A stretch of DNA of 64,000 bases from Tubulanus polymorphus. Lineage: Eukaryota; Animalia; Nemertea. The notes under the pieces were generated by a model that did not search any database, had not been told where the DNA came from, and saw nothing but the letters and a program-made list of their open reading frames with translations. Position numbers and translations under genes: made by a program. Each line of letters starts with the position of its first letter. Position 1 is the first letter of the stretch. Positions 1 to 12,215 of the stretch are shown piece by piece. Location of the stretch: positions 17,223,807 through 17,287,806 of the forward strand of contig NC_134031.1 in the NCBI RefSeq assembly GCF_964204645.1, read 5' to 3'.

Positions 1-1307
1 TGTTTCTTGTTGTCGCCGATTTCGTAATCGAGTCTGAATAATGTTACATCAAAAAAACGACCGCTATCGAGGGTTAACGGATTTGGATCAAAAATAGCAG
101 TTAGAATCTATTACTTTCTTGCATAGAAACTAGTCTTCTAATCGATGAAGTTGTATTCATTGGCGATATGTTGAAATCGATCAATAGATGCAGATCCGAA
201 AGGATACTCGACGATAGAGAAATTTTCTTTACTTTGTAGAACGATTCATTACGAAATTAAAGAATCTGTGATACGCTTAGTAATTGTAATATTAAACTGT
301 AATATGTGGGTAAAATCTTAATTGAAAATTCATGCCTGTGTCTACTTTGTGTAAAGTGGAAATTGTATAAATTGAATAAAATATCAGTATATATCTAATC
401 TTACCAAATTATTGCTTTATTTCTGATTTAATTAGTTGTTTTCTAGTACAATAGACTCCATTTGACGATGAAAATATGTCCTACTTTAGTGATATCCTAG
501 ATGGTATTTACAATTGATGGATATGGTTTAGAAAACCTTTCAACAAACGTCTGCTTATTCGAGTTGATCGACAGTCTACTGAATTGTGGAGAAAATACGA
601 GGTATTTTCCTAGAAACGCTATTTGATCTGGTTGGGACCAGACCTTGACGGAAAGGAGAAAATGAGGACGTGTCATACAATCCTCTGCTGCTATGATAGT
701 GACCTCGGGTGTAGATCCAGGGTTAAACCATTTGCGAAGACGTTATTTGACATTAAGACATTACTGGACGACAATTCAAGGCACGTCTGTAAAATAAGGG
801 CATTTCCTGTATCCATAAAAAGACAAGCGCCACAGGCATGAAGCCAATTTGAAGTCTGTGTATTCTGCCCCAGAAAGTCTTACACACTTATGCAGCGACA
901 ACCAAATGAGGTTCTCTGTATGAACAAGGCATAAGAATCATTTACGGGAGGATACAAAATATCTTTTTATTTCACAAAAAAATCTGTCACAACAATCATA
1001 ATATTTTACGATATAAACAGTACAAAAAACAAGCACCTGCTGGACAATCTATTGAAGACAACTGATTATCAATATAAACCGAAAAAAATCATGATATGCT
1101 TGTATATGATAAAAATAATGCAACTTGGTCAATATTCTACTAGATGTATGATATAATGCAGCAAGCTTTCAAACAAACGCTTTCTTAAATGCGGGAGCAA
1201 TATCAGCAAGTGACTAGAAATAGGATTTTTCTTTTTCAGGATTTCGTTTTTGATTAAGGTTTGACTTAGTAGTAGAAAATGCCTTCGAGAAACAAGCGAT
1301 GTAACCA

Positions 1308-1398
1308 GGCCCTAGTTCCACAGTTGTGAGTTGAAATCAGTTCATTTTCGATGAGTTAACTCGAGTCGAATCTTAACTCAGAACTGTGGACCTGGGTC
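1308..1398. mobile_element. Short palindromic MITE-like element
   Basis: CCCTAGTTCCACAGTTGTGAGTT ... AACTCAGAACTGTGGACCTGGG inverted arms; a related half-copy CAGTTCCACAATTGTAAGTT lies near 37072. Confidence 0.55.
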
Positions 1399-2078
1399 CA
1401 GCATTTTAAGAGTAAAAGAACAATATTAGACCAGGATTGAAAGCAATAGTATCACACGTTCTATGTACACGTTAAGACCTGTGTCATATGTCTAGTTATA
1501 ACCTACGGCAGATATGATATAGCTAAGTCCCTTTCCTAAGTTATTCCAAGCAGATAATTACAATTTTTGTTTTGCCAATTTGCGTCCGAAGATCTCTTTT
1601 TCGAGACCCCCGACGATGAAAAATATTAGAACAAACTCTACTACAAATAATTGCACCTTAATATACGATACGAGTGAAATGAACCGAATAAAATGTGATG
1701 ATACAACGAAACGCTACGCAATAAAGCGCGGCAAAACTTGATTAATTACAGAAAATCAGAAATAATTCATAGGATAATTGAGTTGCTAGATTAAAAATTA
1801 AAATCTCTTGAGATTGACGTCACTAGAAGTCGTAAAGGGACCAAAGGAGCACCAGAAGCTAATCGAATTCTTAAAGAGCTGAATGATCGTAAATGCTATG
1901 CGTACTATGTCGTTTATTAAAAGCAGATAAATTTTGATTATCGAAGTACATAGTTATTGAAAGAGAAGCTTTCCGTTAGCAGTTTTCATAAGTAGATGTT
2001 CAATGACCTCGGCGCAAATTGCTAACCATATTAGGCTAACGATTATTGAAGTTATTATTACATGATTATCTATTAATT

Positions 2079-2348
2079 CAGGGTGGCCACTGACCTGGAA
2101 AACTCATTGAATCCGCAAAAATCAGGGAAAACTCTATTTGACTAATTCTGACTAAAAACCTGGAAAACTCAGGGAATTTGGATATGTTATTGCCCACACG
2201 TTTCTTTATCAAAACGTGATTCATAAAAAATGAATAAATTTTAACATTTTAAACCTAGAAATTTCTCGGGATTTATTCAGGGAAATTATTCTGTTATAAC
2301 ATGGAAAACTCTGGGGAATTTTTAAATTAGTGGAAAGAGGCCACCCTG
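2079..2348. mobile_element. Non-autonomous DNA transposon (MITE) in the region 3' of the kazrin stop codon
   Basis: Terminal inverted repeats CAGGGTGGCC / GGCCACCCTG with internal repeated GGAAAACTC and CAGGGAA motifs. Confidence 0.7.
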
Positions 2349-2438
2349 TAATCGGATTCGAACATTCTACACAAATATGTAAATACAAACATGAACGAAT
2401 GCGGAATGTTGAAATATAACAGATATTCTCTCTACCAT

Positions 2439-5400
2439 TTATACTGCTGTGCCTATTTTCAGCTCTTCCTGGCTGTGAGATCTTTGGTCGTTCGTGCCGT
2501 GCATGAATATTTCCTCGGGCATGGCAGCCAGTTCCGATTTGGTCCGTCTTCCGAAAGCTCTGCCAAGGGAGCCCTAGAAATAAATCGGAATATCGTAGCA
2601 AATTAGAACCAAGAAAATCGTCTTATTTCGAAATTACGGATGTCTCGTACATACTCTGAAACTTATGCGCTTTTTTGGTCCCTCTTGAGAAGCATCTCCG
2701 CCTCCTCCTTTGAACGAGCGCTCAAAAGCTCGGCCAAGTGATCCACCACTTGAAGTGCCTTTCTTTCTGCCGGGCAGTGTAAATGTTGTTCCCAAAGCGT
2801 ACCTAAAATTGTTGAAATATACATTAAACCCTTTACAGCCTAAAAGGATTATTCTAAGAATGAAGGTTTCGATATTGGCCGATAACTGGGAAGAGACTGT
2901 ACCATTCCTATGGTTTCACACTGTGTAAATGTTAAAAGTCTAACGTAAATCTTTTTTGATGCCAAAAAAATCTGCATTTGAACTAAACAATCTGATGCCC
3001 GTTTACACTCCATATTGTGGGTACTCAAAGAACAATAAACACATCTAAGAGAAAGCTATTTCATTATTGCTAAACTAATATTAAGGAGAAAGATTCACAA
3101 AGCTAACATCAATAAGTGAAGAAATCCCCTTTCTGAATTGATAAAGCAATTTTTCTTCTATTGAACGCACATGGAAATGTCTAGAGAAAAATCTTAGCTT
3201 GCGTAATGAATGGTAGATAAGTGATAAATAATGAACGTGGTCGAGTGTTTATTCTCGATGATCGTAGTGAATTATGAGAGCGAGTGAGATTTAGAGCCAT
3301 GCATATTCAGTCTAGCATTGAATCTAAGATATGTCAGGTATATCAGGCATGTATGATGATGTTTTCTGAGATGAAGCCGACGACCAATCAATATCAATTG
3401 AGAGTTTATTTCGTGAATTTGCCATGCTAGACTACTAGAATAGAACATATACAAACTAGAAAATATACAGTACTGTAAGCAGAATACACTCGAAATGTGC
3501 AGGTAAAAAGGCATTGGAAATTGTGGACGGATAAATTTCGAAGCTAATCTTAGTTTGATTCCGATGCCTTTTTTTTAAATTAATGCTACCATACGCAGTC
3601 ATTTATTTCTATACCTTCGCTTATTTTTCACTTTTGCTGCAATTCTAAGATACAGGTATAATGATAATATTTCATTTAATGTAACGAATGAAAGTATAAA
3701 TCCGCGCATTATCCATCGAATACGGGTCATTTCTATCTCGTGAACACGTCTCGAGTCGTACTCACCGAGCCGGTTTGATAAGATTATCGAACTCCTGCGT
3801 CAGATGTCTGTGAACGTGCGATTTCGACGGCGGGATGGCTAAGGCAACGGCCAATGCATCGGCGTTGAAGGACGGCTCTAAAACCATCAAAGCACCGTGG
3901 ACTCCGGCATCAATCAAATTACTCGCATATTCCTGTAGAAGAAAGATGTTGGCATACACTGGTCCAAATAAATATCAAAATTGAGATCAAACTTTCGTTT
4001 GCTGAACTCAAAGATTTCACTTATGTTTATATTCTATAAAATCCTATGACAAACGCTTTTTCCTTGGAATCAAAATGTTCTAGTTCATTATCAAGTAATA
4101 GGACCTGTCTACAATAAACACCTCTCCACACGGTGTTGTAGAAAGGTTTTACTTTTAAGTGTACTACTTACCCCTAAATCTATAGTTTCAATCCATCGTA
4201 TAAGACGCTTATTTGTCCAAACAAGTGGATCACAGTTATATATTTCACATTCTTGTCTTCTTTGAGCGAGAGCCTGAATGAGAGCAGAGATTTATGAACA
4301 ACATATGAATTTCGAAATAACTGAGACCGATCTTCTTGAAACACACCTCTTTGTCAAAATTATTCTTTCGCAATAGCTCGACTGCGTGAAGAATGCTAGC
4401 GTGGTGAAATTTCCTGTGAATGTTCACGTGTTTTTCGAGGTCTTTCTTCGACAAGGAGTTCAACGTACGACCGTCGATGAGGTGCTCAATGAATACAGAC
4501 CTGTACTGCTTGAGTCCTACGTCTTCTAAAAACACTTGCGACACCCAAACGTTGTCGATTTGGGATATCTTCGGGTATTTACTGCAAAAGAAATAAATGA
4601 TTATTTCGAATATGTTCTTTTTTACAATTGATTTAACCAGAAATTTTCGTCGATAAGTCATATCTTAAACATTGAAACTGTGAAATGAAATCAAATATTG
4701 ATTGATACTTCTTATTCTTAGAACGAGAAAATGAGAATTTTCGAATTTATGCGTTATTTTCACACGTTCTGTAAACGCTTACATGTTGGACGGTTCTCTT
4801 AATTCTTCAATCGCCAGACGAATTTTCCGCCTGTGCAAGTGACTAGTAAATTTAAATGCCGTATCCAGTTCCGAATCACTCATTTCCAGTAATACCTGAG
4901 CAAAAACGAGAAATCCAACTTAATATAAGGTAAAACTTAAATAGATACGGTAAAATTGGTAAACGATTGCTGCTCACCTTCCCACTTTTGATATTCGAAG
5001 CGCACATTGGTCCATATCGAGGCATGTTCAGCGTAATTTCGAGCCACGATAGAACATGCGGAGCTTTCCACTGCGTGATCGGTAACTCGGTCGCTTGAAT
5101 CGCCAGCGCTGTCTTTTCCTGCACGTTGTCGTCGCAAATCAGAGAAACGCACGGAGAAGGGTTTTCACCTGTTCAACAGAGAACAGTTTATCGTCGGTTA
5201 CATGGTTAATAGTAGTAAGCAGTGTTTTCAATAAGAGCCAGGTTCCAGGTCCCAGACCCGTCTGCCTTTTCTAAAGGACTCGCCCGTTTTTTCAAACCAG
5301 CTTTCGTTTCAGGTACTGTGACATATTATATTATGGGACCCTCCTGTTTTTCAACGGGACCTGGCTTGTTAATTTCTTATTGAAAACACTGGTAAGGCTG

Positions 5401-8400
5401 AGGCAGAAGTAAGTACTTCCGGGCAATTTTAGATCAAAAAAGTACACACTTTTTAAGCACTTGTAAGGTAAAAATGACACTTCTTAAGATTCAGGGCAGC
5501 CAAAAGTAACAATTCATTGAAATATGAAAGGAAATGTTAAAATTAATCAGTCATCAACAGTAGGACCCTCAGTAACAGTTTCATTGGCTCCTTCAGTCTT
5601 TCGACCATGGATAAACAGCGCCGCAGGGAGTTCAGTTTAAATCCTAGCGTGTCTCTGAGCTCGCCTCAGAGTGGCTTTTCTCATTATAAAAGAGTAAGAT
5701 ATACTGAAAATCAGGAACAGTTGGCAGCTCTGAAGACAGCAGCCCTCATCCATAACGTACAATCATAAAACTAACTTGGGATACCCTGAGTCAAGTGGAC
5801 ACTGGCTATGAACCCTGTATCATTTTTTATGTCCACCCTAATGAAGGTTTCGATGACACCTCTAACGTACCATCTGTGTATGAATCAACAGCAAACGATC
5901 GCCGGTTTTTTGCGCGACTGAATGCCCTCGTAAGCGATCCGAAACTATTCGTCAAACTGATCAAACTTCCGCGTTTCTTCTTTTCCTGGCTGTGATCCAA
6001 CAATTCGGCTGCTGTCACTGTGTTGTCCTTGCTGCCTTCGTTAGTGATTACATTTACAGCATTGCTTCTTAACTCTATATCGAAATGAAAATAGACCATT
6101 AAAAATAGCGTCCCTACAGATCAGCCATTCCTGGATATGCGGAGTTTTAAAAGCGTTTGAAAATTTTGAGGAAACGCCTGCATCACTTTCATATAAGGAG
6201 TTTCAAGCATTTTGCACAAATCAAAGGAGTTTCAAGCACCTTTAAAGGCATTTTCCATTTAGAAGGAGTTTTTAAGGAATCAAGGAATTGTAGGGAACCT
6301 GAATAAGGAAACTACGGTCATTTCCCGAAGCAGCGATGTAGATAAGAACTTACCAATATTAGATTTACATATTATGTCTGATTTCAGAGTAACGTGCGGT
6401 GGGTTTTCCGTATACGGTGGTAAGTGCTCCTCGCTTGGCGTATATACATCAGTTCCTGATGAGAATCCCGTGTCCGATAGGCTCGCTGGCTTGAATTTCT
6501 GTTTCTTGGACTTTTGAAGTTCAGAAACGTGTTCTTTAACCTTGTTAAGGAGAAAAACAGTATCTTGTGAAACTGTGAAGCAAATATTTGGTTCGAATTG
6601 TATTCCTAATTAACACTATTTTTCTTGACACCAGTCCCAGGACCCTGAATATGAAAAATGTACCTCTTCTAACTCTTTCTGTAAATTTTTGATGAGTAAA
6701 TCTTTGCTATCCATGTCGGTCTTCAGGGCAAGAGCTCTTTCAGTCGATTCATGAGCTCGCTTAAGAAGCTGCCATTTTTCCCGCTCACATTCTTCTTTCT
6801 CAAGGGCAAGCTGAAATTTTTTTCGAAAGTACACAAATCGATCAATATGTTGTGTTCATTCAGGTCCCTACAGATCGGTCATTCCTGTAATATGGAGTTT
6901 TAAAGGAGGAAATTTCAAATTTCGAGGAAGTGCCTGCATCACTTTCATATCGCAATTGGGGTACAGTTTTTAATTTCAGTAAAATCATTAATTTGGTGGT
7001 GTTGTAAGTAGGTTTTTATCCGATACACTACTAAACTTGGATTCTAATTCGGTAACTGCCTATTTGGGTTAGGAAAAAATCCTGATCCCAACTGTATCGA
7101 TTAAGTTCAATGTACAACTAGAAACATTTCTAAAATTGCCTATTTCTCAAAACTGAAGGAGTTTTTGGCATTTTGCACAAATCAAAGGTGTTTCAAGCAC
7201 CTTCAAAAGCAATTTCTGTTTAGAAGGAACTTTTATGTAATCAAGGAGTCGTAGGGACCTTTTTATTATTTTCACAGAACCTAACTATTTTTTTCTAAAC
7301 GACAAACCTGTTTCACAGCGTTGTCATTATCTTTCATCCTTTGTTCGAAATTACGAATGAAATCTCGCAATTCGGACTCCTTATCTTCGAGTGTGCCGTA
7401 GAGTTGTTTCATCTGACTGAGTAGCTCAACCTTCTCCGCCTTCAATCTTTTACGATCGGCTTTCATAGCTAGAAAAAACAAACATCAAGACTCATTCTTC
7501 AAACTCAATTTTTGCCCATGGAATTTGAAATCTTAGATTCCAGAACCACCTAGCATTCACACTTGATTATTCTGCCCCTGCTAGAATTTAGCTGGACCGG
7601 GTCCAATGTTTTTGGATGGGTCAAACAGACACAGACCCATTTGGCATCAGTGTGAACGGATGGCCCAGATCAAAAACACTTCTGTGATCGCAGCTTTGAT
7701 CGGCTACTCCTTACAGGAAAGCATATGTTACAGATTTATTAGTGAATGAGCCCTCACTGCGTAGATACCATACCTTGTAATGCTTCTTTAGCATGCAACA
7801 ATTCCTGTTGATATTTCAGAAGTTCCAGTTTCAGGTCACTGAGACTCGGTTGTTGGCTGCAGAATGACGCGGCCGTACTCGCTCTGCGTAATTCGTCGAT
7901 TTCTTTCATGTGTTCATTTAATTTCGCTTGCAGTTTGTTATTTTCGTCGCGTAAATGCTGCAGTTCGTTGTCGGTGTTCGTTATTTTGTTCGCTGGAAAA
8001 TGAACGAATTACTCTTTGATACGTAGCAAAGTGAAAACCATCGACTGCGACGAAAACTATTTTCATCGTGGAAAATTAAGTTCAGTTGACTTGACTCGTT
8101 AAATCTGTACCGATCACAGGGGTTCATCATGGAGGGTCTTTAATCAAAGATATACCACAGTATTATCATCATCCCCAGCAGGGATTCGAGCCTGATGGCA
8201 TCGAGACTCGCCACGGTACGAAACCCCGCCACACTAGCTCCAGTGCGCAGCTACCACGATGTCATTATTATTCGCCATATTAGTCAGATATCTCGTTTTA
8301 TTTCAGCCCGGGTTTTTTTGTTTATGGTTTATCCGTGAAATTTGCCACAATAATCTGATTGGTGCTGCAAGTGCCCGTTCTAGTGTGGCAGGGTTTCGTG

Positions 8401-8814
8401 CTGTGGCCAAGTCTAGCGAAGCCATCAGGTTCAAATCCCTGCCAGGGGGAGGATGCAGTATCCTAAAAACCATTATCCAGTCAACTCATTTGCTAGAATT
8501 TATAAGAAATAAGCCATAGCCCTGATTCTCAACTTCGTCAAACACTAATGAGTAAGGCGGTGTTAACTTTATTACCAGTAGTTGCTACTTTGTAAAACAA
8601 TTTACCCGAGATTTCTCGTTAAAGCATCCGACAACTTACCTTGCCAGTCGACATTTTCCTCATGCGTTTCGCCATTCGTCTGATGGTTAACCGCCAACTC
8701 CGAAAGGCGTTTATTCGTGAAGTCGAGTTCTTGCCGCAATTCGTGAATGTTCTCATTAGTCGTTTGCAAGAGGCTGTCGATATTAGCGCTCGGATGTCTG
8801 TTGTCCTCAACCAT
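2439..8814 (-). CDS. KAZN: Kazrin (liprin-related coiled-coil plus triple SAM domain protein), about 727 aa, 13 coding exons: 8640-8814, 7774-7992, 7308-7468, 6664-6810, 6354-6540, 5871-6074, 4978-5168, 4783-4895, 4347-4581, 4172-4273, 3766-3932, 2655-2802, 2439-2573
   Basis: Exons joined by hand with GT-AG sites and consistent phases (2184 nt, 728 codons). Contains the kazrin coiled-coil signature AKEALQAMKADRKRLKAEK...QLYGTLEDKESELRDFIRNFEQR, then EREKWQLLKRA. Three SAM domains: QWKAPHVLSWLE...NIKSGKVLL...HRRKIRLAIEE; WVSQVFLEDVGLKQY; DPLVWTNKRLIRWIETIDLGEYASNL...GVHGALMVLEPSF. Ends in -GTAV*. Confidence 0.92.
5220..5391. mobile_element. MITE with perfect 17-bp TIR in a kazrin intron
   Basis: CAGTGTTTTCAATAAGA / TCTTATTGAAAACACTG, flanked on both sides by GTAAG (possible 5-bp target site duplication). 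Confidence 0.75.
6110..6301. mobile_element. MITE copy 1 (GTCCCTACA...TGTAGGGAAC)
   Basis: Inverted termini; the internal sequence is shared with 6861-7260 (e.g. GCCTGCATCACTTTCATAT, GCATTTTGCACAAATCAAAGG). Confidence 0.7.
6861..7260. mobile_element. MITE copy 2 of the same family, carrying about 200 bp of extra internal sequence
   Basis: AGGTCCCTAC / GTAGGGACCT termini; collinear with 6110-6301 except about 6950-7150. Confidence 0.7.
8160..8462. mobile_element. Two inverted copies of a dispersed repeat with a Pol III B-box-like motif (SINE-like): 8160-8256 (-) and 8360-8462 (+)
   Basis: CTAGTGTGGC(G/A)GGGTTTCGT...GCCATCAGG(C/T)TC(G/A)AATCCCTGC is present in opposite orientations; GGTTCAAATCCC at 8428-8439 resembles a tRNA T-arm B-box. 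Confidence 0.55.
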
Positions 8815-9564
8815 CGTAAAGAATTTCACCTGGAGCAAGAGACACTTTCGTTTAAGACGTCTACATTGACAACGCAACAACATTCCGTAAACAGGAATTA
8901 TCTAATTATCACATTTCTCAACATTTTTCGAAATTAATTATCACCCAATTCTGACTAAAGCAACGGAAAAGCATCATTCAGACAACTGTTTATCTCATTG
9001 AGACCTAGTCCGAGAACTAGTAGAGTGCTAGTAGAGTTCAATTTTTAATATCATTTCAGTTTGCTATCATGCATGCGCAAATACAACTTCAATTTGCAGG
9101 GACTGAGCTAGATACAATATCAATAAGACTTCTTTGGTATCATACAAAATGATAAATAGTTTTGTCAGTGTCCGATGCCAGAAATAGAGATATAAGTACA
9201 CGATGAAAACCAGCAGATGGTACAGAGACAGTCAATCACGAAACGACGAAAAGAAAACATCGCGCAAAACATATATTCGCGTACCTGAGTATCATCAGAC
9301 AATCCTTTCATGACAGCAATCAACACGTCTTATCTCACGATCGATACATTCTCCGTATACCCTATCTCGCTGACTAATAATATAGGCTTCGATATTTCCG
9401 AGAGAATTGGCGGCGAAAAATGTCTTCTTCTAGGTCGAAATCACCGAATCACACACGCGCGAACGCATACAACGAATGATAAGACTTGACGTAACCGATA
9501 CTCTGACGAGCTGACTTATTGCTTCGCACGGCTATCGAAAAAGAAAGAATGTGACAATGTTAAG

Positions 9565-9566
<2 letters not shown>

Positions 9567-9653
<87 letters not shown>
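9567..9653. repeat. (TA)n microsatellite
   Basis: Perfect TA run of about 86 bp. Confidence 0.98.
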
Positions 9654-9654
<1 letters not shown>

Positions 9655-10666
9655 TAATCACTACATTCCAACAACGGATAATATTTACATAGCTTCATAA
9701 ATGCGGCCTATATATCGCAATAATTACTGGAATCGAGGCAACTATGTTATAGATGAATCCGGATATTGATTATTTATTAGAATGTTAAAAATTCGAACCA
9801 ACATTCTTAACGCCGCACTAGAAATGATAATCTATCGAATGAAATGATTGATTTTTTTCCCCGGCTCGGCGGAAAATTCCGCCGCGTACACGGACACTAG
9901 GGATTCGACATGTTCTTGACTTCATTAATCGATTATGAAGCTAATTTTCTGCTTAAGCTCTCTACGCAGCGGCAGTCATATCGATTTATTATACGATGAT
10001 GATGATGATGATCACAGAATACATCAAATCAACGGCGCGTTCGTTAATGTCGGAGTTAAAAATAACTTTAATCACCCGCGGCAGCCCAGTGATCATCTAA
10101 TCATCTTATATATCCCTACTGGTCTATATGAATGTGTGAGGGTCAAATTACATTAAGTATACGGCACATTGTGAATTGTGAATGATATTTGGCCTCAACA
10201 CCACAAGTGTTATGAAAATAGACGGAAATACAAAATTTTACTTAGTGCTACCTAGTTTCTCATTTTTGCCGAGCTTAAAAGTTGACCCAGCCAGCCGCCT
10301 ATCTATCCTGTACATAAGTTGGAAAAAGTTTTATGATCAAGTTCACCATAACAGACCCGGCAGCTATAGAAATGAACTGGTTACAAATTTTTTTGCAGTT
10401 TAAAAAAGGACCATGCCGATTAAGAATAACAGAACTTTCATTCCACACAGTAAAATGTCAGAAAATTCCATTTTTTATTGATCTTGGTAATATGGATCTA
10501 GAAGGCCAGAATCGTGAGGTGTTAAAGCCTTTAATAAAGGCTCTTCAATGCTGGGTGATTAAGATACACATGCCTATATAAAAGAAAGTTCTATTTTCAT
10601 ATGATTTTGCGTGTGCGCTTTGAGTCTGAATGACCAGATAGTTTAAGTTAGAGTAACTGAAGTGGA

Positions 10667-10740
10667 CCTCTATGAGAAGGTAGGCATCCCCTTACAGGGA
10701 AAAAACCTCTATGAGAAGGTAGGCATCCCTTTACAAGGAA
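10667..10740. repeat. Short tandem duplication of ACCTCTATGAGAAGGTAGGCATCCCxTTACA
   Basis: Two near-identical adjacent copies. Confidence 0.9.
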
Positions 10741-11348
10741 AAAAAACCAGAATTCCAGATTTCCAGTACGCTGCCCTACCAGTATGCAAGACAAACTAGA
10801 CTGATTGTGGTCTTTCGACAGCCAACAATTGTATTTAGTAAACATGGGGATGATTAAATTAAAGACAATTTTTGATAATTAGATTAATAATTAAATAGGT
10901 AATTAACTGTTAAACACCACCATAAAGTAATAAGAATCTTACAAAGACGAGAAAATATTTGTGGAATGAATAAACTGAACTTTTTCATGAGGATATTCAT
11001 ATCTGGAATTTCAGAATTCAACATTATAATCTTAAGGGTACAAATCCTAAAAAAAAAGGTTTAGATCGTTTTAAGAGGGTTCCTTTCAAGTTTAACACAC
11101 ATATAGCTGAAACAGAAAGTAATGATTATAGAAGTAGATCTGCAGTTATCAAGTCAGTCAGTCAGTCCAGTATGACCATGGTGACTGAATGAAGCTATGA
11201 GTAAATGAAGAACTACGGTAAGTAGTAGTAGTAACATGTATATATATTATTTAGAATTAAATAATTAAATGTTAAGCCTATCGTAGCTTAATTAGATTCT
11301 TAAAATAGCAAACAATTCGTAACGTTACTCATTTAAGGTTCTATTTAC

Positions 11349-11470
11349 CTGATCCTCGAAATCAACATATCTCTTCTACCGCGGGGTGTCTTTATTCCTG
11401 ATTAAAAACTGTCAACCTCCATCAATCGACGTCATTTTGTTCCGAGCCAAATTTTCGAAAATATGTTTGC
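11349..11470 (-). other. Probable 5' untranslated first exon of kazrin (a second candidate first exon has its donor at 9284)
   Basis: Minus-strand CAG|GTAAAT donor at 11349/11348 beside a locally GC-rich patch. The first coding exon has an acceptor at 8830-8832 just upstream of its ATG, so an upstream exon is required. The upstream boundary is approximate. Confidence 0.4.
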
Positions 11471-11700
11471 GCGCAACTGTATCAGAAATACGCGGGTCGG
11501 ACTACGGCGGCGGACGGGTTTCGTGTGAAATGGAGCACCGCCAACTCGGCATGCGGCTTGTCACCAGCGAGTGAGATTGAATCGAAAAAAAAATCTAATG
11601 ATGTTACAAGCGGGAATGTTTTATTTATTTTTGCAGACACAACGTAAAGCAAGATAAGCTGACAAAAATCCGACCCGTCTGGTAAGCATGGTAAGATAGT
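11430..11700. promoter_or_regulatory. Candidate bidirectional promoter between kazrin (-) and the Mab-21/cGLR-like gene (+)
   Basis: CpG/GC-rich patch at about 11460-11570, flanked by a minus-strand donor (11348) and a plus-strand short exon-like segment (TTTTTGCAG acceptor near 11637, GTAAG donors near 11682 and 11691). Confidence 0.35.
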
Positions 11701-12215
11701 TTCTAACGCCGGGTCTACAATTTCAGCTTTTTTTTTTTAAATTTCCAAATAGATTCCTGCTCCTTGAATTCTAAACTGGTCCCTATCCTACATTCCTCTT
11801 CTCATATACGTTTTAAAACCAATGTTGAAGGATTTTCATACAGAACGCTGTGATGTTCATTAGGGTGAACTGCCAATTGTATCCTTGGCGTGTGTCGTAG
11901 CCTACCTGTGGATTATAGTGTATAAAATCGGTGAATACCGCCATAATTAGATTAACAAATAAATGGATCTAGGACAAGAAAATCGGATTAACGTCAAGAA
12001 AATCGCTGGGCCATGGATTATAACATTCCGAACAAAATATTCATTATTCAAAAGATTCGATTATTAATGGGATTCTAAATACTCGCATGGCGTTAATCCG
12101 CGGGGGACACATGCGCGTTATTGTGCAGTACGGCACGTAACGACCAGAAAAAACAAATACATCGTTTAGTAGCATATATACGTACACGTATGCGCCGCGC
12201 GTTCGTCAGGACAAA

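Noticed and set aside
8360-8450. Possible tRNA gene (GGTTCAAATCCC)
   Set aside because: I could not build a cloverleaf; it is a diverged repeat copy with an inverted partner.
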